From Octopus bimaculoides (lineage: Eukaryota): a DNA stretch of 64,000 bases. Where the stretch lies: NCBI RefSeq assembly GCF_001194135.2, contig NC_068982.1, forward strand, positions 51,371,886 to 51,435,885, in the 5' to 3' direction. This document shows positions 1 to 13,300 of the stretch, piece after piece; positions within the stretch are counted from its first letter, which is position 1; every line of letters begins with the position of its first letter. The notes under the pieces are model-generated. The model did not search any database. It was not told the DNA's origin and saw nothing but the letters and a program-made list of their open reading frames with translations. The translations under genes were made by a program, and so were the position numbers.

Positions 1-414
1 GTGTTAATGTTGTTCCTCCCAATGAAGAGGTTTGGCCTGTAAGATCCCTGTGCCAGTGCCATGTTATAAGCATCCAGCACAAACTGTAAAAGGATTGGCA
101 TTTAGGAAGGGCGTCCAGGCATAGAAACTAAACCAAATCAGACTGAAACCTGGTGTAGCTCTCCAGTTAGCCAGCTCTAGTCAAACCATCCAACCCATGC
201 CAGCATTGAAAATGGACATTAAAGGATGATGGTGATATAATAATCCTTATGAGAATTTCTGCAATTTTGTTTTTATCACTATAATCCTAACAGGCACTTT
301 AAATAATTCACACACTTAGAAAACTCAGTTCCATATCATTTGTTAGTATGTGATACAAACACTTAAAATGGGATCTTTCGAAAATTAAATAGCACACAAA
401 ACTGACATCAAGGT

Positions 415-542
415 TTGATCGAGAAACTTGCTTCCAAACCCTGAGGTTTGGAGTGCAGTCTCAGTGTGGTACCTCAAGCAAGTGCCTTCTACTGTAATAG
501 TCCTGGCCAACTAGCCCTGGCCTGTAGTGTGTACATGTGTAT

Positions 543-618
<76 letters not shown>

Positions 619-850
619 GGAGAAGAGTTATATATAGAGAGAGGGAGGGAAAGAGAAAGAGATGCATATATATGAGTGTGTCTTTGTGTTTTCCACCATC
701 GCCAGTTTGTTTATGCCTCTATAACTTAACAGTTTGGAAAAAGAAACCAATAGAATAGGTATTAGAGTTGGATTTGATTGACTAAACCTTCCAAAGCAGT
801 GACCCAATATAGCTGCAGTCCAATGACTGAAACAAGTAAGATAAAAGATA
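415..850 (+). mobile_element. Degraded composite tRNA-SINE with expanded (CA)n(TA)n(GA)n core
   Basis: Head-like AAACTTGCTTCC...CAAGTGCCTTCTACT, microsatellite at 541-670, tail CCAATGACTGAAACAAGTAAGATAAAAGA. Confidence 0.7.
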
Positions 851-1341
851 CCAAAGTAGATGGATCCATTTTCACAAATGTTTCTAGGAATGTTTCATGC
901 AATAATATTTCCATTAAATTTTTCATATAAATTGAAATTATTTTCTAATTTTTTTAGCGTTTTCTTTATTAAGTGGTTAAATAGTCTTGGCACAAAAATA
1001 TTTCCATTAAATTTTCAAACTTAAAAAACCTTTCAACAATTTTCAAACAACTAGTTCATATTTTTCATGTTTGTTTAGTATGGCCCTCATTTTATCCCAA
1101 TCGGGAATATTCATACACTGCTTGCATCTAGTCAAGTGAAAATTTCTTATTCTGATTAATCAATAATGATAATAACAATTATGAATACGCTCCAACCATT
1201 TGAATCATTAAAATTCATCTAAATAAGTAATAGGGGAAGAGAAAGAGTCTGTAATTAATTTTCATTATGATTCAGCATTTATCTGTCCAGCTAATTAATA
1301 TCACTAACATTTTAAGTCACTGATTTTTCTTAACGTTTTAA

Positions 1342-1556
1342 CCCTTTAGCATTACGATTGTCAAATGTAATGCTTATTTATTCATACTCTTTTGAATTAC
1401 TCATGCATTATCTTTTTGAGTTGAGATTTCGACAATGTGCTTGTTTATTTTTAGTATGACATTGTAGGGTAGGTGTGAGAGGCTGAATATAGCCAGTTTA
1501 AACATAAAACAGGTATAATATCTGGGGCAGATATGACTGGTTTAAATGCTAAAAGG
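1342..1556. mobile_element. piggyBac-like MITE (TTAA TSD)
   Basis: TTAA|CCCTTTAGCATT...AATGCTAAAAGG|TTAA. Related, oppositely oriented copies at about 4580-4860 and 35570-35789. Confidence 0.8.
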
Positions 1557-3159
1557 TTAAAATTACTTTCATTCACACCATCAACATATATAAGCACATG
1601 CCACAGAGGGTGGTTTCTATGTGGTCACATAACATACCAGAAATAGCAGCAAAAATAACCCTTGAATCACATATTACAGCTTTCAAAAATATATTTCATT
1701 AGATGCACACACAATGCCCCTCCTCCACTACCACACAAAAAAAAATCCCATTAGCATTAAGAAATGAACAAATCAATGGTTATGACTTTAGAGCATTTTT
1801 TGGACAGGTCTACTCAATTAGCAACATATAAGCAGGTCAACTCATATTTGCAACATATAAGCAAAACATTAGTTCTTTTTTTTTTTTACTTAAAAATGAT
1901 TATATAATTGTGTGACAAAGCTACAAATTAGTTTATATGAATATGGAAAATCAGATGTGAAACTTGTGATGATATATATGTAAATGGTGAACATAAAGTT
2001 AGCAAATTGAGAAAAATAATTGCTAAGTTTAAATGTCATGTAGTGAAATAAGAATATTCAATTGCATCCAAACAGTCCCATTAAGAAGCATATGTTTTTA
2101 TATTGATATCCAGAACACCATTTACAATAATGCTGAGTTTCTATGAAACAGATTATTCTTGTCAAATCAGCCCAGACAAATCATTACACAGAAAATGTAG
2201 GAGGAAAATCAAAACAGACCTGACCTTAGATCTTTCATCATTATCAAAAAACTGTTCCCAGTTTTCTTTGCAACATTCAAAATATTTAAAGTTACAATAA
2301 CAAGAGAAAATAAATCTTCAAATATTCTATAGAAATTACCTGAGATTTAGAAATCTAGAGGTAAAAATATCTCTAACTAGTCTGAATTTGGCCACAGGTC
2401 CAACACTACGTATTGCTAAAGTTTGAAATAACAACAGCAATACAAAAGAGACAAGCAGGTAACAATACCAATACAAAGAAACAAGCAAAATATAATTTTA
2501 AATTTTATTTTATTGAGCAAGAAACCATGCAATCAGACAAAAACACTATCTATGCAGGAGTGGTAACTGGTGTATTAGTAAAAACAATGAAGATAAATAA
2601 GTACAGACGATGAAAGCAATCACTTTTAAGGTTTGGTGTGCTATAAAGGTGATACAGTTTAACAGCATGTCCACACTGGATGCTAACTGGTTCAAATTTG
2701 AAACATTTTTTTTTTAAATGTTGTTAATCTACCCCAACCCCGACACCCCTTTTTAATGCAAATATTGTTGCTAGAGCAAAAAAAAATGTTAAATATAAAA
2801 TATATTTACCATTGAGCTAGTGTTAATATGGAAAGGAGAATGACAGAAAGAGGGAGAAAAGGAGCAGAAACAGTGCCATATGTATAGTATGCCATTTTTT
2901 CTTTTTTTTTAATTCTCCTATATTATTTGATTTAAAGGTGTTAGGGAAGAAAGTTGTAAAATAAGCTACTATTTCATGCAATAAAAAGCATATATATATA
3001 TATATATATATATATGAGAATAAATAGGAGAGATATTGGATATATTTAAAAGAGCAACAATTTAAGGAAAATATATTTTTTTTAAATGTGTGTGCAATTA
3101 TATATGGAAAGAAAAAAAAGGAGAGATAGCAGTAGTCAAATTTATTAAGTTTGACCTAC

Positions 3160-3306
3160 CGATAGCTGGCATTCCAATGATCTCAGTAACACTTGAGATC
3201 GGCTGTAGGATGCTCTTTGTAGTAGTAGTCAGGGCAACCACAGGACACGCAGTTGAAGGAGTAAGTGGAGAAGGAAGAGGAAAAGGAGGAGGTGGAGATG
3301 ATGTTA
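3160..3306 (-). CDS. RPRD2: Probable RPRD2 downstream exon (147 nt, phase 1 to 1): TSSPPPPFPLPSPLTPSTACPVVALTTTTKSILQPISSVTEIIGMPAI
   Basis: Acceptor tgtgtctttcag, donor TCG|gtaggt. GC-richer coding-like island that is Pro/Ser/Thr-rich like the RPRD2 disordered tail. Phase-compatible. Assignment to this gene is inferred. Confidence 0.72.
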
Positions 3307-4019
3307 CTGAAAGACACAACATCACTTTAAAAGACCAGCATCCAGAAAAAACACAGAAGACAACTATCAAAATGAAATTCGTAAGATAGAATAGCTGCCA
3401 ACACTGTGACACTAACTGATATAGATGCACTCTATATAATCAGCTAAGAAAAATGGCAGAATACAAAAAAAAAAGCTTTTTTTATATTCATATAAGCAAG
3501 CATCAATGAAAATTATGACAAAAAAATGTTCATAGAATTTTCAAAATCATTATTGTCAAATTTTTCAATCTGGCAATATAGCTTACAGACATCTCTCCTT
3601 ACATTTCTGAAAGCCTTCGTGCTTTCTCAAATTATTTTAGTGTTTAACTGTTCATTGTTAGTGTTCATCCCCCATCCTCTCCAGTCACTGCAGATCTTCT
3701 ACCAAGGGATAGGAATACACTTTTTACACATATCTTAACATGTGTGTGTCTACCATTTTATGAAGAGAGGAGATTTTTTTTTTTTTTTTTTTTTNNNNNN
3801 NNNNTTTTTTTTTTTTTTTTGTTTCAAAGAGGTAGTAGTTCTCAAAACATTTATTTCCCTACCCCTAAGCATTCATTATTCCACCTCATGCTTTATTCAT
3901 AATTTCTATCAACTCCTCTGCAGTGTCCACAGCCTTCACAATATGGCTATTTATATATTCCAGAGGACTGTCCATATCAATCCTTCAGAGACATTACAAC
4001 ACTTTTAGTGGATAAATTA

Positions 4020-4330
4020 TGTGCACTACATATACAGTACTGAACATGTTGCTGCTCTCTTCTGCAGTAGCTCAAAATCACCTCCTTGCTGCTGGTGTTC
4101 TGTTGCTCTTACTATTTAGTCTTGGCCTGTTAAACTTGAAGCCTTTTGACTTAAATGAAATCTACCACATTTCGACCTTCATTTATCAGTTCTTTAAAAG
4201 ATTCTCGAACATGAATGTCTGGTGGATGTCAACTTGTACATAATCTTAATGACTTCAGTCATTCTTACACCAACTTCCAATGTCTGCACACAAAATCTGA
4301 ATTTCATTCATTGGCCAAGGTCTTCTGTCA
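4020..4330 (-). pseudogene. Possible mariner N-terminal (HTH) relic
   Basis: FRFCVQ...VIKIMYK and, in another frame, NEGRNVVDF loosely resemble mariner N-termini. Confidence 0.3.
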
Positions 4331-4579
4331 AAAAATTACAGAATTTTGAAATTTTGACAAAAGTCAAAAAGCATTGTTCTTGAGCATTTTGAAGAAAAGA
4401 GTTTGGCAAGAAACCAACAGTTAATGCAAACAGCCAATAATTAATAAATTGAATAGGTACCAGATGAATTACAGTAGCTAACATCAGGAACATTCATCAC
4501 CTGAAATCAATATGGTGCAGGTTCAATGGAAGTAGTGAATAAGTTCTGTTCTTTAGATTGTATAATCAGAACAACTGGT

Positions 4580-4860
4580 AGTTTAGAGTTTAAACTGGAT
4601 GGAAAGTAAATATGGCTGTTTCAGCCTAAAACAATGTTTTTCACTCATCAGAGTATCTCACGTATGTGTAATAAATGAATTTATTTTATGTTCAAACAAC
4701 TCAGATAAAGCTTCTCAAACCTACCCTACAATGTTGCTCTAAAAATAAACAATCTCATCATTGAAATTTTGAAGCAATGAGATAATGCATGATGAATTCA
4801 AAATAATGTGAATAAAATCAGCATTACATCTGACAGAATAATTTGAATACCAAAGGGTAA
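4580..4860. mobile_element. Older copy of the same piggyBac-like MITE family
   Basis: Shares CTACCCTACAATG, CATCATTGAAAT and ATAATGCATGA segments. Ends CAAAGGGTAA. Confidence 0.6.
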
Positions 4861-6047
4861 AGTTGACTTAGTGGAGGTACAATATTAATTTACACACAAA
4901 AGCCCCAGCTTGTTATTTCAGAAAGCAACTAAGCACTAAAGGTCCTTAGTTGACAACTATGTTGTTATGGACACATAATGCAAAAAATGATGCATACAGG
5001 ACAGGAGGGGAGAGAGGATGTGGTGCATTATTTTATTATTATTATTGCAACTTGGTGGAATCTTTTGAAATATTTATAATACAATCTATTTAATTGTTTC
5101 TTTATATTTTAACAATTAATTGAATAAAAATATTTCATCATACATCTATTATGATCTGATCACTGGTACTATAATAGATATCCATTTACAAGTTAATAGC
5201 TAGTTCTTATATATACTAATTGTTTTCCCTTCTTTTTTTTTTTAAGAGATGCTCTCCAGTTGAAAGAAAGAAAAGAGATGACAAAGGGATAACATATATA
5301 TCAAAATCTTGGGCATACACAAACCCAAATATGCACCTTAATAGTGTTACTATTACAACATTACATAAAAGGTCAACTCTGAATAAGGAGACCTATGACC
5401 AAAGGCCTTCTAGCCATGACTATATTATCTCTATATTTTTTACATAAAGTGTGTCGAATAAGAGTTTCCTTTTAAGATGGTTGGCTGGGTAATGTGGAAG
5501 TGATCTGGCTGCTTTTTTTCTTGCAGATGAGTATGTGTAGACCGTCCCTCACTATTTGTTTACCCAATATGTGGTTCCTTTTTGTTTCAGGTGATGCTTT
5601 TAGTTCTTGTTTTCGTTATTTATTGTTCGATATTTAAATACAGTAAATTTACACTACACACACAGTAACTATCAGCTTATGGTTTAAGTCACAAGCTCAA
5701 CACTTTCAAACTGTTGTCTTCCATTAATTCTCTGGACATCATTTAACTTAATATACTGAGAGCTTATCAAGAAGGGGCATATGAATTCCTAGGTTTCGTG
5801 TTGAGACCACATACCATAAATATGTGGGTATGTATGAACACACACACATGATTAATCCATATCTATGCACACACATACTTACAATGTGTTGGTGTGTAAA
5901 TCAAAAGTCATCAACTTATAAACTTATCACCAAATAAGATTAAGAACTTTAGAAAGCATTATGAAGTTTGAGTTAAGAAAGGAAAGTTCAAAATGTTGGC
6001 AGCTATTTAAAAAAATTAGATCATACTAGTTCATACATACATATATA

Positions 6048-6260
6048 TACAATTAAACCTTGGGAGAGGCATTATGCTGGTAATAAACACATGCACTGAT
6101 TCAGTCCTTTATTAATTTATAAACAGTATTTAGTTTTTTTTTTTTTTTCAACTAAAAACTAAAAAACTAAATACTGTTTATAAATTTATAAATTAATAAA
6201 GGACTGAACCAGTGTGTGTGTTTATTACCGGCATAATGCCTCTCCCAAGGTTTAATTGTA
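6048..6260. repeat. Long near-perfect inverted repeat / foldback MITE with TA flanks
   Basis: About 90-bp arms with 4 substitutions and one 8-nt duplication (TTTATAAA) in the right arm. T/A-rich centre. Confidence 0.92.
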
Positions 6261-7157
6261 TTTCTTTCAACACACGTATCCACATCAAGAATCTTGCACA
6301 CCAAATACACATACAAAATACATATATATATATATATATATTTAAAAATGTTTAATGAATCTTTGTATTTTTCAATAGTGTGTAAAAGACTGAAAATACT
6401 ATAACTCAATGACATAACATTGAGAATTAAAGATATTGGTGAGAATATAAAGAGTGAGAACTAAAAGGTGGGAATTGATGTTTTCAAAGAGTCAAAACTC
6501 AGAAATTTGCTGTGAAAATATGACATATCAACAATGAAATAGTCATACTGTCATAATAAAAATTGCAACTTAAAATTCAACTGTTCAAAATTAAGGTAAT
6601 TTAATTAGTTTATTAAAAAAAAAAAATTTAAAAAAAGAGAATTTATAGAATAAATATCATCAGATATTGAAAATGTTTATTAAACAAGATGGAATAATCT
6701 GATATAGTTTTAATCATTGAACACCTATTATATTATTATTATATTATTTAATATCACACCAAGACATTCTTCAAGGTTAATTTAACACGTTCTCATTAAA
6801 AACTAACATACTATATAATTCAAATAAAGCATCATTACTACGACAAGAAATGTTTTAAAAAGTCATAACAAGATTGTCATTTTTAATTCTGTAACAGCTT
6901 TATTGGTTCCTCATTTAGTGTACAATCCAAGAGAAAAAAAAACTGTGTCAAGATCTTGGTACGTAGCTTCTAGGCTATCAGGCATTTACTATAACTACAA
7001 GTCACATTTATATAAATTTTTGAAAAAAACAAATCATCACAAAACAAGATCATAATATAGAGAAAATGATCTTTTGATAGTCACTGCAATGAACAAATGT
7101 TATTGAAACAGGCCACTGTTATAGGTTTTCAACATGACAAACACTAGGTTCCACAAA

Positions 7158-7319
7158 ATATATATATATATATATATANNNNNNNNNNNNNNNNNNNNNN
7201 NNNNNNNNNNNNNNNNNNNNNNNNNNNNNNNNNNNNNNNNNNNNNNNNNNNNNNNNNNNNNNNNNNNNNNNNNNNNNNNNNNNNNNNNNNNNNNNNNNNN
7301 NNNNNNNNNNNNNNNNNNN

Positions 7320-7370
<51 letters not shown>

Positions 7371-7380
7371 AACAGACAGA
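7158..7380. repeat. (TA)n-gap-(GA)n microsatellite. Assembly gaps at 3795-3804, 7179-7319, 11230-11281, 23836-23886 and 36249-36358, mostly within or beside simple repeats
   Basis: Directly visible. Other simple repeats include (GT)n(GAGT)n(GA)n at 11185-11397, (CA)n at 27795-27838 and (TA)n(CA)n at 55822-55909. Confidence 0.97.
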
Positions 7381-7399
7381 GGTTGCATAATAGATTAGT

Positions 7400-8220
7400 G
7401 GTCAGTGACTTCAAAATGAGAGCTACCCCAAGCCAGAGACCAAAATGATTTGGAGAAAAAGACATGAAAGTTGAAAGAGCTTTCCACTGGTCATAGTTTA
7501 AGAAGATATCAATTATGACAGAAAAGGAAATAAAGACTAGCAACATACAGCAAAAACTGATAGTTTTTATAGGACAACCTGCTGAGGGCTACAGAACAGA
7601 TCCGAGCCTGGTGTAAGGTCCCAGCTAAATGCAAGATGACAAAGAAGCAATATTGTAGCAAAGTCATAACAGCTAAGCAACAGACTTGGAATGACTGGAA
7701 AAAAGGGGCAGCAGAGAAAAATATAAACCAGTATGTAGAAGAGAAAATAAACATTGAGTATACATAAAGTAAACTTAGCCAAATCAAAAGATTTAGAAAG
7801 GACAAGAGGACTTTGATACCACCAAGGAAATGGCCATGCTTCATTTCTAGAAAAGGAGTTGGTAGAAATTCCATGTGTGCCCAGTGTAAACAATAGACAC
7901 ACAAGTGGTGTAGTGGGATCACAGGTAGATTTCCTATGCATTAGGAGAATGGATTCTCTCAAATGCCCAGGGAGTTTACTAGAAGTAGTTGATAGCTTTT
8001 GTTTTAGCTAGGTGAACTAATTAGTAGTAGGACAAGTGTACCAAAGCATAATAGATAGAACAAGAATGGGTTGCAAAAAGTTCAGAGAGCTATTACCTCT
8101 GTTGGCAACAAAGGGGCTTCTCCTTCAAAATGTAGAGCAGCTTGGATTATGTTTGCATGCATCAAGCAATGACTTAGGACTGTATCATCTGGCAATATGT
8201 GGCATAAAGAAGACCTGACC
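7400..8220 (+). mobile_element. Degenerate RTE LINE ORF fragment
   Basis: WPCFISRKGVGRNSMCAQCKQ*THKWCSG (Cys-rich insert), LEVVDSF and RTRMGCKKFRELLPLLATKG. Confidence 0.75.
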
Positions 8221-9789
8221 TACAGTATAACCTTGGTGAAATTCATATAAAAAGAGTGGAATCATGATCACAGCCAGGATATGTATAAATACTAAAGTCT
8301 CCTTGCTTATTCTATAACTTATCGTCCATCTATCACCTCTTTTCCTATTCACCATACCAAGCCACTCACAAAATGCATCCTGAACCTTCCCTCCTACTCC
8401 CACTGTCCATATCTTAAAACTCTTCTTACCTGTGTCATTCCAAATCTAAAGGGGAGAGATTTTGCTTCATATTTGTTGATATCTGATGAGCTTCTCCATT
8501 TACCTTCCAGAGCTGCTCACCACTGCCCCGTCAACCTCACTTCCTTCTGGTCATATTTCCAGTCACACATCACTCACTCTCTTCATCTTGACGATCCATC
8601 TCCATGTTCTCCCTTACTAGTTAACATTACCTCACCCCCAACCTTCTATATTGATGGCTGTTACTCCCACTCCTCCAGGTAACACTTTACTGTTAGCAGT
8701 CATTTCAATATTCCACTTATAATCCATCCATCTTTACACACTCCTGTTACTACTGTTTGCTCCTGTAGCACTATCTCTTCCATTTCTCCCCACCTCTTCT
8801 ACCAATGTCCACCCTCTACTATTGCCCTCTCTTCTACCCACCAATTGTTATGTTAAGCTGAACAAATGGAGACAACAAAGAACAGTGAGGATCTTGGAAC
8901 AAGGCAACTTCACAAGCGCTGGTGTTAAAATAAAGTGCAACTTTATGAAGTGATGGATGAATGACTGGGAGTGTCACAGGTTCAAAAGAATCCTAAGACT
9001 TTTCTTGATAGGAACATGAAAACTTTTCTGATGTTGGGATCAAGAAAAATGCATCCAGTATATATTAAAAGGGTTGGTAGATATGTGGTGACATTGCAGA
9101 ATTCAGGAGAAGTCTTTAATCCAGTTTTGTCAAGGACATGACAACCTTTCTAGAGCTGGTGGCATGAAAATATACACCCAGTACACTCTGTAAAGTGCTT
9201 GGTGTTAGGTAGGGCATCAAGCTATACAAACCATGACAAATGAAAATAGACAAGACAAGCACGGTTCCTTTCTAATGCCTGAGAGGACAATAACCCCAGA
9301 CAAAAATGGACTCAAACTGTGAAACCCAGCCAACCCATACCAGAATAGAAAGTAGATGTTTAATGATAATATATGAGAAAGAGAGAGAGAAAAGAGAGCA
9401 TTTGTTAAATGTTACAATAGCATTAACATCAATATCTCTTGAAGATGTAAGATTATTTTACATACACAATGAGTAAAATAAGAATGCCATCAAAATTTAA
9501 TACCCTTACAGCTAGTTCTCTTAGAAATAGGCTCACCAGAAATCCCAAAGGATTACCCTAGCAAGATAATATGCACTCTTATATGAAGATAGATCATTTT
9601 TGTTAGTTTGTGATTGCATATGTTGCTCTTGCATGTTTGGTAGGTTGTTAAACAACTAAGTACAAAACCCAGACTGAAAGAATCTCACCTAAAAAGGATG
9701 CTGCTGTCTGGATTATGAAGCATTGCCACAGGGTTTGAAACTTGTCGCTAGGAATTTCACATGATGACCTCCTTAAATGAACATCAAAG

Positions 9790-11185
9790 TCTAGGTTGAA
9801 ACTTTTGAGAATAACTGGTGTGATTGTGATTGCATAGAGGACTTCTGGGTTGAGTAAAATAGATAACTTCTAGAAATCCTTGGCAGGCAGGACTGCCAAG
9901 GTGCTCAACCAGATTTGTAATCACACACATTGCAATGGAAAAATATGGACATCTTTGTTGAACTAGAAAGATTATCTTTGAGAAACCTAAAGAGTTTCCT
10001 TCACCCTCATTGGCCTTCATTCCTGTTCTTCCTTTTTTGCATAGCTTTTGACAAGTAGATGCCTTTCCTACCATAAACCACTTTAGAGCATGGTTTGTGG
10101 GTATTTTAATACAGAAATTGTGTTGCATAGTTTTTAATCAAAGTTTCTGCTCTCCTGAACATGTCTTTAAACTCTGTAGGTAAAAAGGTCTGGCTGAAAA
10201 AGTAATTATGTCATAGTGGCAATTTATGATCCCTGGAAAAAAATAAAACAGTGTTTCTAGAATGTGTGGGTGAATGATTAATTGCAGCTTATTGCTGGAA
10301 CTCATGGTGGTTATCCTTAAATGTATTCTCTCTTTTGAAAGTGAGCTTATGTTAAACAATTACTACAACGTATAGAGCAGATTATGTTTTCTGTCAAGTC
10401 TATCATAAAGATGCGTCTTCACTTTTCTTTTTAACGAAGAAAATTAGGTAACATTTTTTTTTTGTGTCTGGAGGCCATAAACTGCGAGGTTTGAGCCAGA
10501 TATTGTCCTTTCTGATGAAGTATTCACTGATTTTGTTGTTTTAATAGAGTGCTTAACTAAATACTTCTACATTGTATTAATATTGCCTTATCAAAAGATC
10601 AAACATCACAAGTTATTCATTATCAATGGTAGTAGAGAGGCATATCCTGTTCTTTGTTAACTTTTAAAAGTGCATTGTACAGTTAAGTTTTCTGTTAGAC
10701 AATTTCAGTGCAGTACACCCTGATAGGTCTCTCTCTTGACCTATATTCTATCTACAAGGTGTACTCCACAGTTTGGTTATGCTTTCCATTTTTCCTTTGT
10801 ACATTAATGGTCTACATGCTGATACTTATAAAAACATACACTTCTGTGTAGATGATACCACTCTCCACACTTAAAACCTTTTGCAGTACACAAATATCAT
10901 TCACCTCCAACCTAAACAGGTTATGCCAGACTTACAATGGTGCCATGAATAGAAACCTTGAAAACAACTTCAATGGGGACTGGAAACCTAACGAATACAA
11001 CACATATTAGATTCACAACACTACATTCTTCCTATGCTTGAACATATAAGCAATGCCCTCAAAATTCATAATCTCTGGTGATCCCTCAGAGACCATGCAT
11101 TCTAAAGACTAGGCTTCCACTGCTGAAGCCAGAATATATTTTAATCTTAAGCACTCTTTGGAATGGTACTCTCACACCTAAGGTG

Positions 11186-11190
<5 letters not shown>
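9790..11190 (-). mobile_element. Highly degenerate RT-containing LINE relic (RTE-like)
   Basis: Broken matches to the RT QG/SP region and to the EIxxRITM motif (RIHLRITTMSS). Many stops. Confidence 0.45.
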
Positions 11191-11229
<39 letters not shown>

Positions 11230-11331
11230 NNNNNNNNNNNNNNNNNNNNNNNNNNNNNNNNNNNNNNNNNNNNNNNNNNNNGTGAGTGAGTGAGTGAGTG
11301 AGTGAGTGAGTGAGTGAGTGAGTGAGTGAGT

Positions 11332-11378
<47 letters not shown>

Positions 11379-12021
11379 CGAGAGAGAGAGAGAGAGTTTA
11401 GCTAATTGACAAAAACCCATTAAAATGTTACAACTACTATCTCACAAATCTGACTATTTCTTCTCTTAGCTAGTTTTACTGCTACTACAATGACTTCAGC
11501 ACTTCTGAACTTGAGCTGCTTATCACCACCTCTTTGGCACACCAGCTGCCCCAACTCATTGCCTTTATCTTTCAGACCACACAACAGACATTTTTCCCAA
11601 TCATTCCTTTCCAAGGTTGCAACCCTTAGAATTCCCCTCTTGCTTGCCAATGCTCTCCCACCAGGCATCAGTTTACAAGAAGCTCAAACTGAACATCAAT
11701 TCCACTACTCTGGGAGGCCCTACAAAGATCATGAATGCTCCTTTCTGACTTGCATACATATGAATTATTATTATTAGTTATTGGAAAGTGACAATCCATC
11801 AATGATTACAGTTAGAATGTGTGCAGTATAGGTTGAGAAACTACATTAAAAACACCAACATTACATACACATGTAAACGTTCATGTGCACACTCACACTC
11901 AAATGCAAAGGCTAGTATCGGGTAGAACAAACTTGCTCGTAAGAGCCACATGTGATAAACTACAGATGTTTGAGTTACAAGATATGAACAATATTTACTT
12001 GTAGGTTTATATTGTTCATCA

Positions 12022-12470
12022 TCATCATTTAATGTCTGTTGTCCATGCTGGCATGGGTTGGATGGTTTGATCAGGGCTGGCAAGCTGCACCAGACTCCAG
12101 TCTGATTTGGCATGGTTTCTACAATTGGGTGTCCTTCTTAACGCCAACCACTCTGAGAGGGTAATGGGTGCTTTTATGTGCCACCAGTACAGGTGCCATT
12201 TGCAGGACACCAGTATCTGCCATGGCTGCAATTTTACTTGGTCTGATGGGTCTTTTTCTCAACTACAACATAATACCAAACATCTCAGTTATTGCCTCCA
12301 TGAAGCCCAACACTCGAAAGGAACTTTCTACATGCCATCAGCATCAGCCACTTTGCCTCTGTGAGGCCCAACATTCAAAAGGTACTTTTTACATGCCACC
12401 GACATGGGTACTAGTTATGTAACACCAGCGTCAGCCACAACTATGATTTCACTTGGCTTCAGAAATATGT
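12022..12470 (-). mobile_element. RTE-tail element (LINE 3' UTR or SINE), minus
   Basis: (ATC)n TTAATGTCTGTTGTCCATGCTGGCATGGGTTGGATGG...CCTTCTTAACGCCAACCACTCTG, the reverse complement of the same tail. Other copies at about 1-238(+), 9150-9370(+), 14400-14600(-), 18090-18398(+), 24620-24715(-), 25190-25375(+), 31980-32200(-) and 63352-63600. Confidence 0.8.
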
Positions 12471-12799
12471 GTACGCAATAATAATAATATTCACTCGTAA
12501 ATGTAATTGATAATGTGATTTAGTTTCAGTAACTACAAAGTACACATATAAACCAAATGCTTTAAAAATCTTGACTGGTGATTGTTTTTACTTAATTGAG
12601 TGGCTTTAATACAATAGTAAACTATGGGGACATCTTAGAAAAATATTAATTTGTGTTTCAGTAAATAAACTAAAACAAAAAATTAATTTCTTATTGATAT
12701 TTGTCTTTAAATATCTGAAAACATGAGAGAAATGTATTAAGTAAGAGCTCTTATGGGTCTCTGTCTTGGCTGTGAATCATTGAAAATCCAGGTGATATG

Positions 12800-13300
12800 C
12801 TGTCATGGTTGTATAAATTAGTTCTGCCAAGTAATTATTAAGGATTTGCATGATACTTCAACTTCACAAACTTAATAACAGATAGTGATTCAAAGCAGTA
12901 TGTTGCGCTGACAATTGAGACAGATTTCACACTAGTTTTCTGTAGTTTAGAATATATTATTTCTGGAATCTGTTTCCAGAACTTGATTACAGACTGGAAT
13001 TTCCATTTCTACAGTAATTGATTATGAAACCAGAGGCTAAAGAATCAGACATCTTGCATTGACACATCATTTAAGAATGGATTTACTAGACAGGTGAAGC
13101 AGTATCTCCCAATTTATAGTCTTATATTTCAATATCACAGAATGTATTTACTCTCCTACTGAGTAAGATCAGAAACAATCATGTTCTTCCCCAGCAATGC
13201 CAAGTTGAGATTTTGCAGAAGATTCTTTACTTCAGTAAGGAACATCAGAACTTGCATCCATTCATCATTTTCCAGTTGAGAATAAAGGCTTTTCTTTGAG
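12800..13300 (-). pseudogene. Degenerate hAT (SPIN/Charlie/GTF2IRD2-like) transposase fragment
   Basis: QLENDEWMQVLMFLTEVKNLLQNLNLALLGKNMIVSDL and FWKQIPEIIYSKLQKTSVKSVSIVSATYCFESLSVIKFVKLKYH resemble the hAT core and dimerisation motifs. Many stops. Confidence 0.7.

Noticed and set aside
448-758. Listed ORFs over microsatellites (also 7100-7546, 11078-11420, 36502-36856, 49846-50058)
   Set aside because: They translate (CA)n, (TA)n, (GA)n or N-gaps and are not genes.
2340-2770. 38-nt (2733-2770) plus 15-nt (2340-2354) exon pair that could continue the frame after the 147-nt exon
   Set aside because: The 38-nt donor (GGG|gtagat) is weak and the peptide has no recognisable similarity. It needs transcript evidence.
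8430-8445. 16-nt cassette with good splice sites; likewise 14 nt at 15820-15833 and 7 nt at 2810-2816
   Set aside because: Not multiples of three, and the 16-nt one lies in LINE-like sequence. Such motifs are expected by chance in AT-rich introns.
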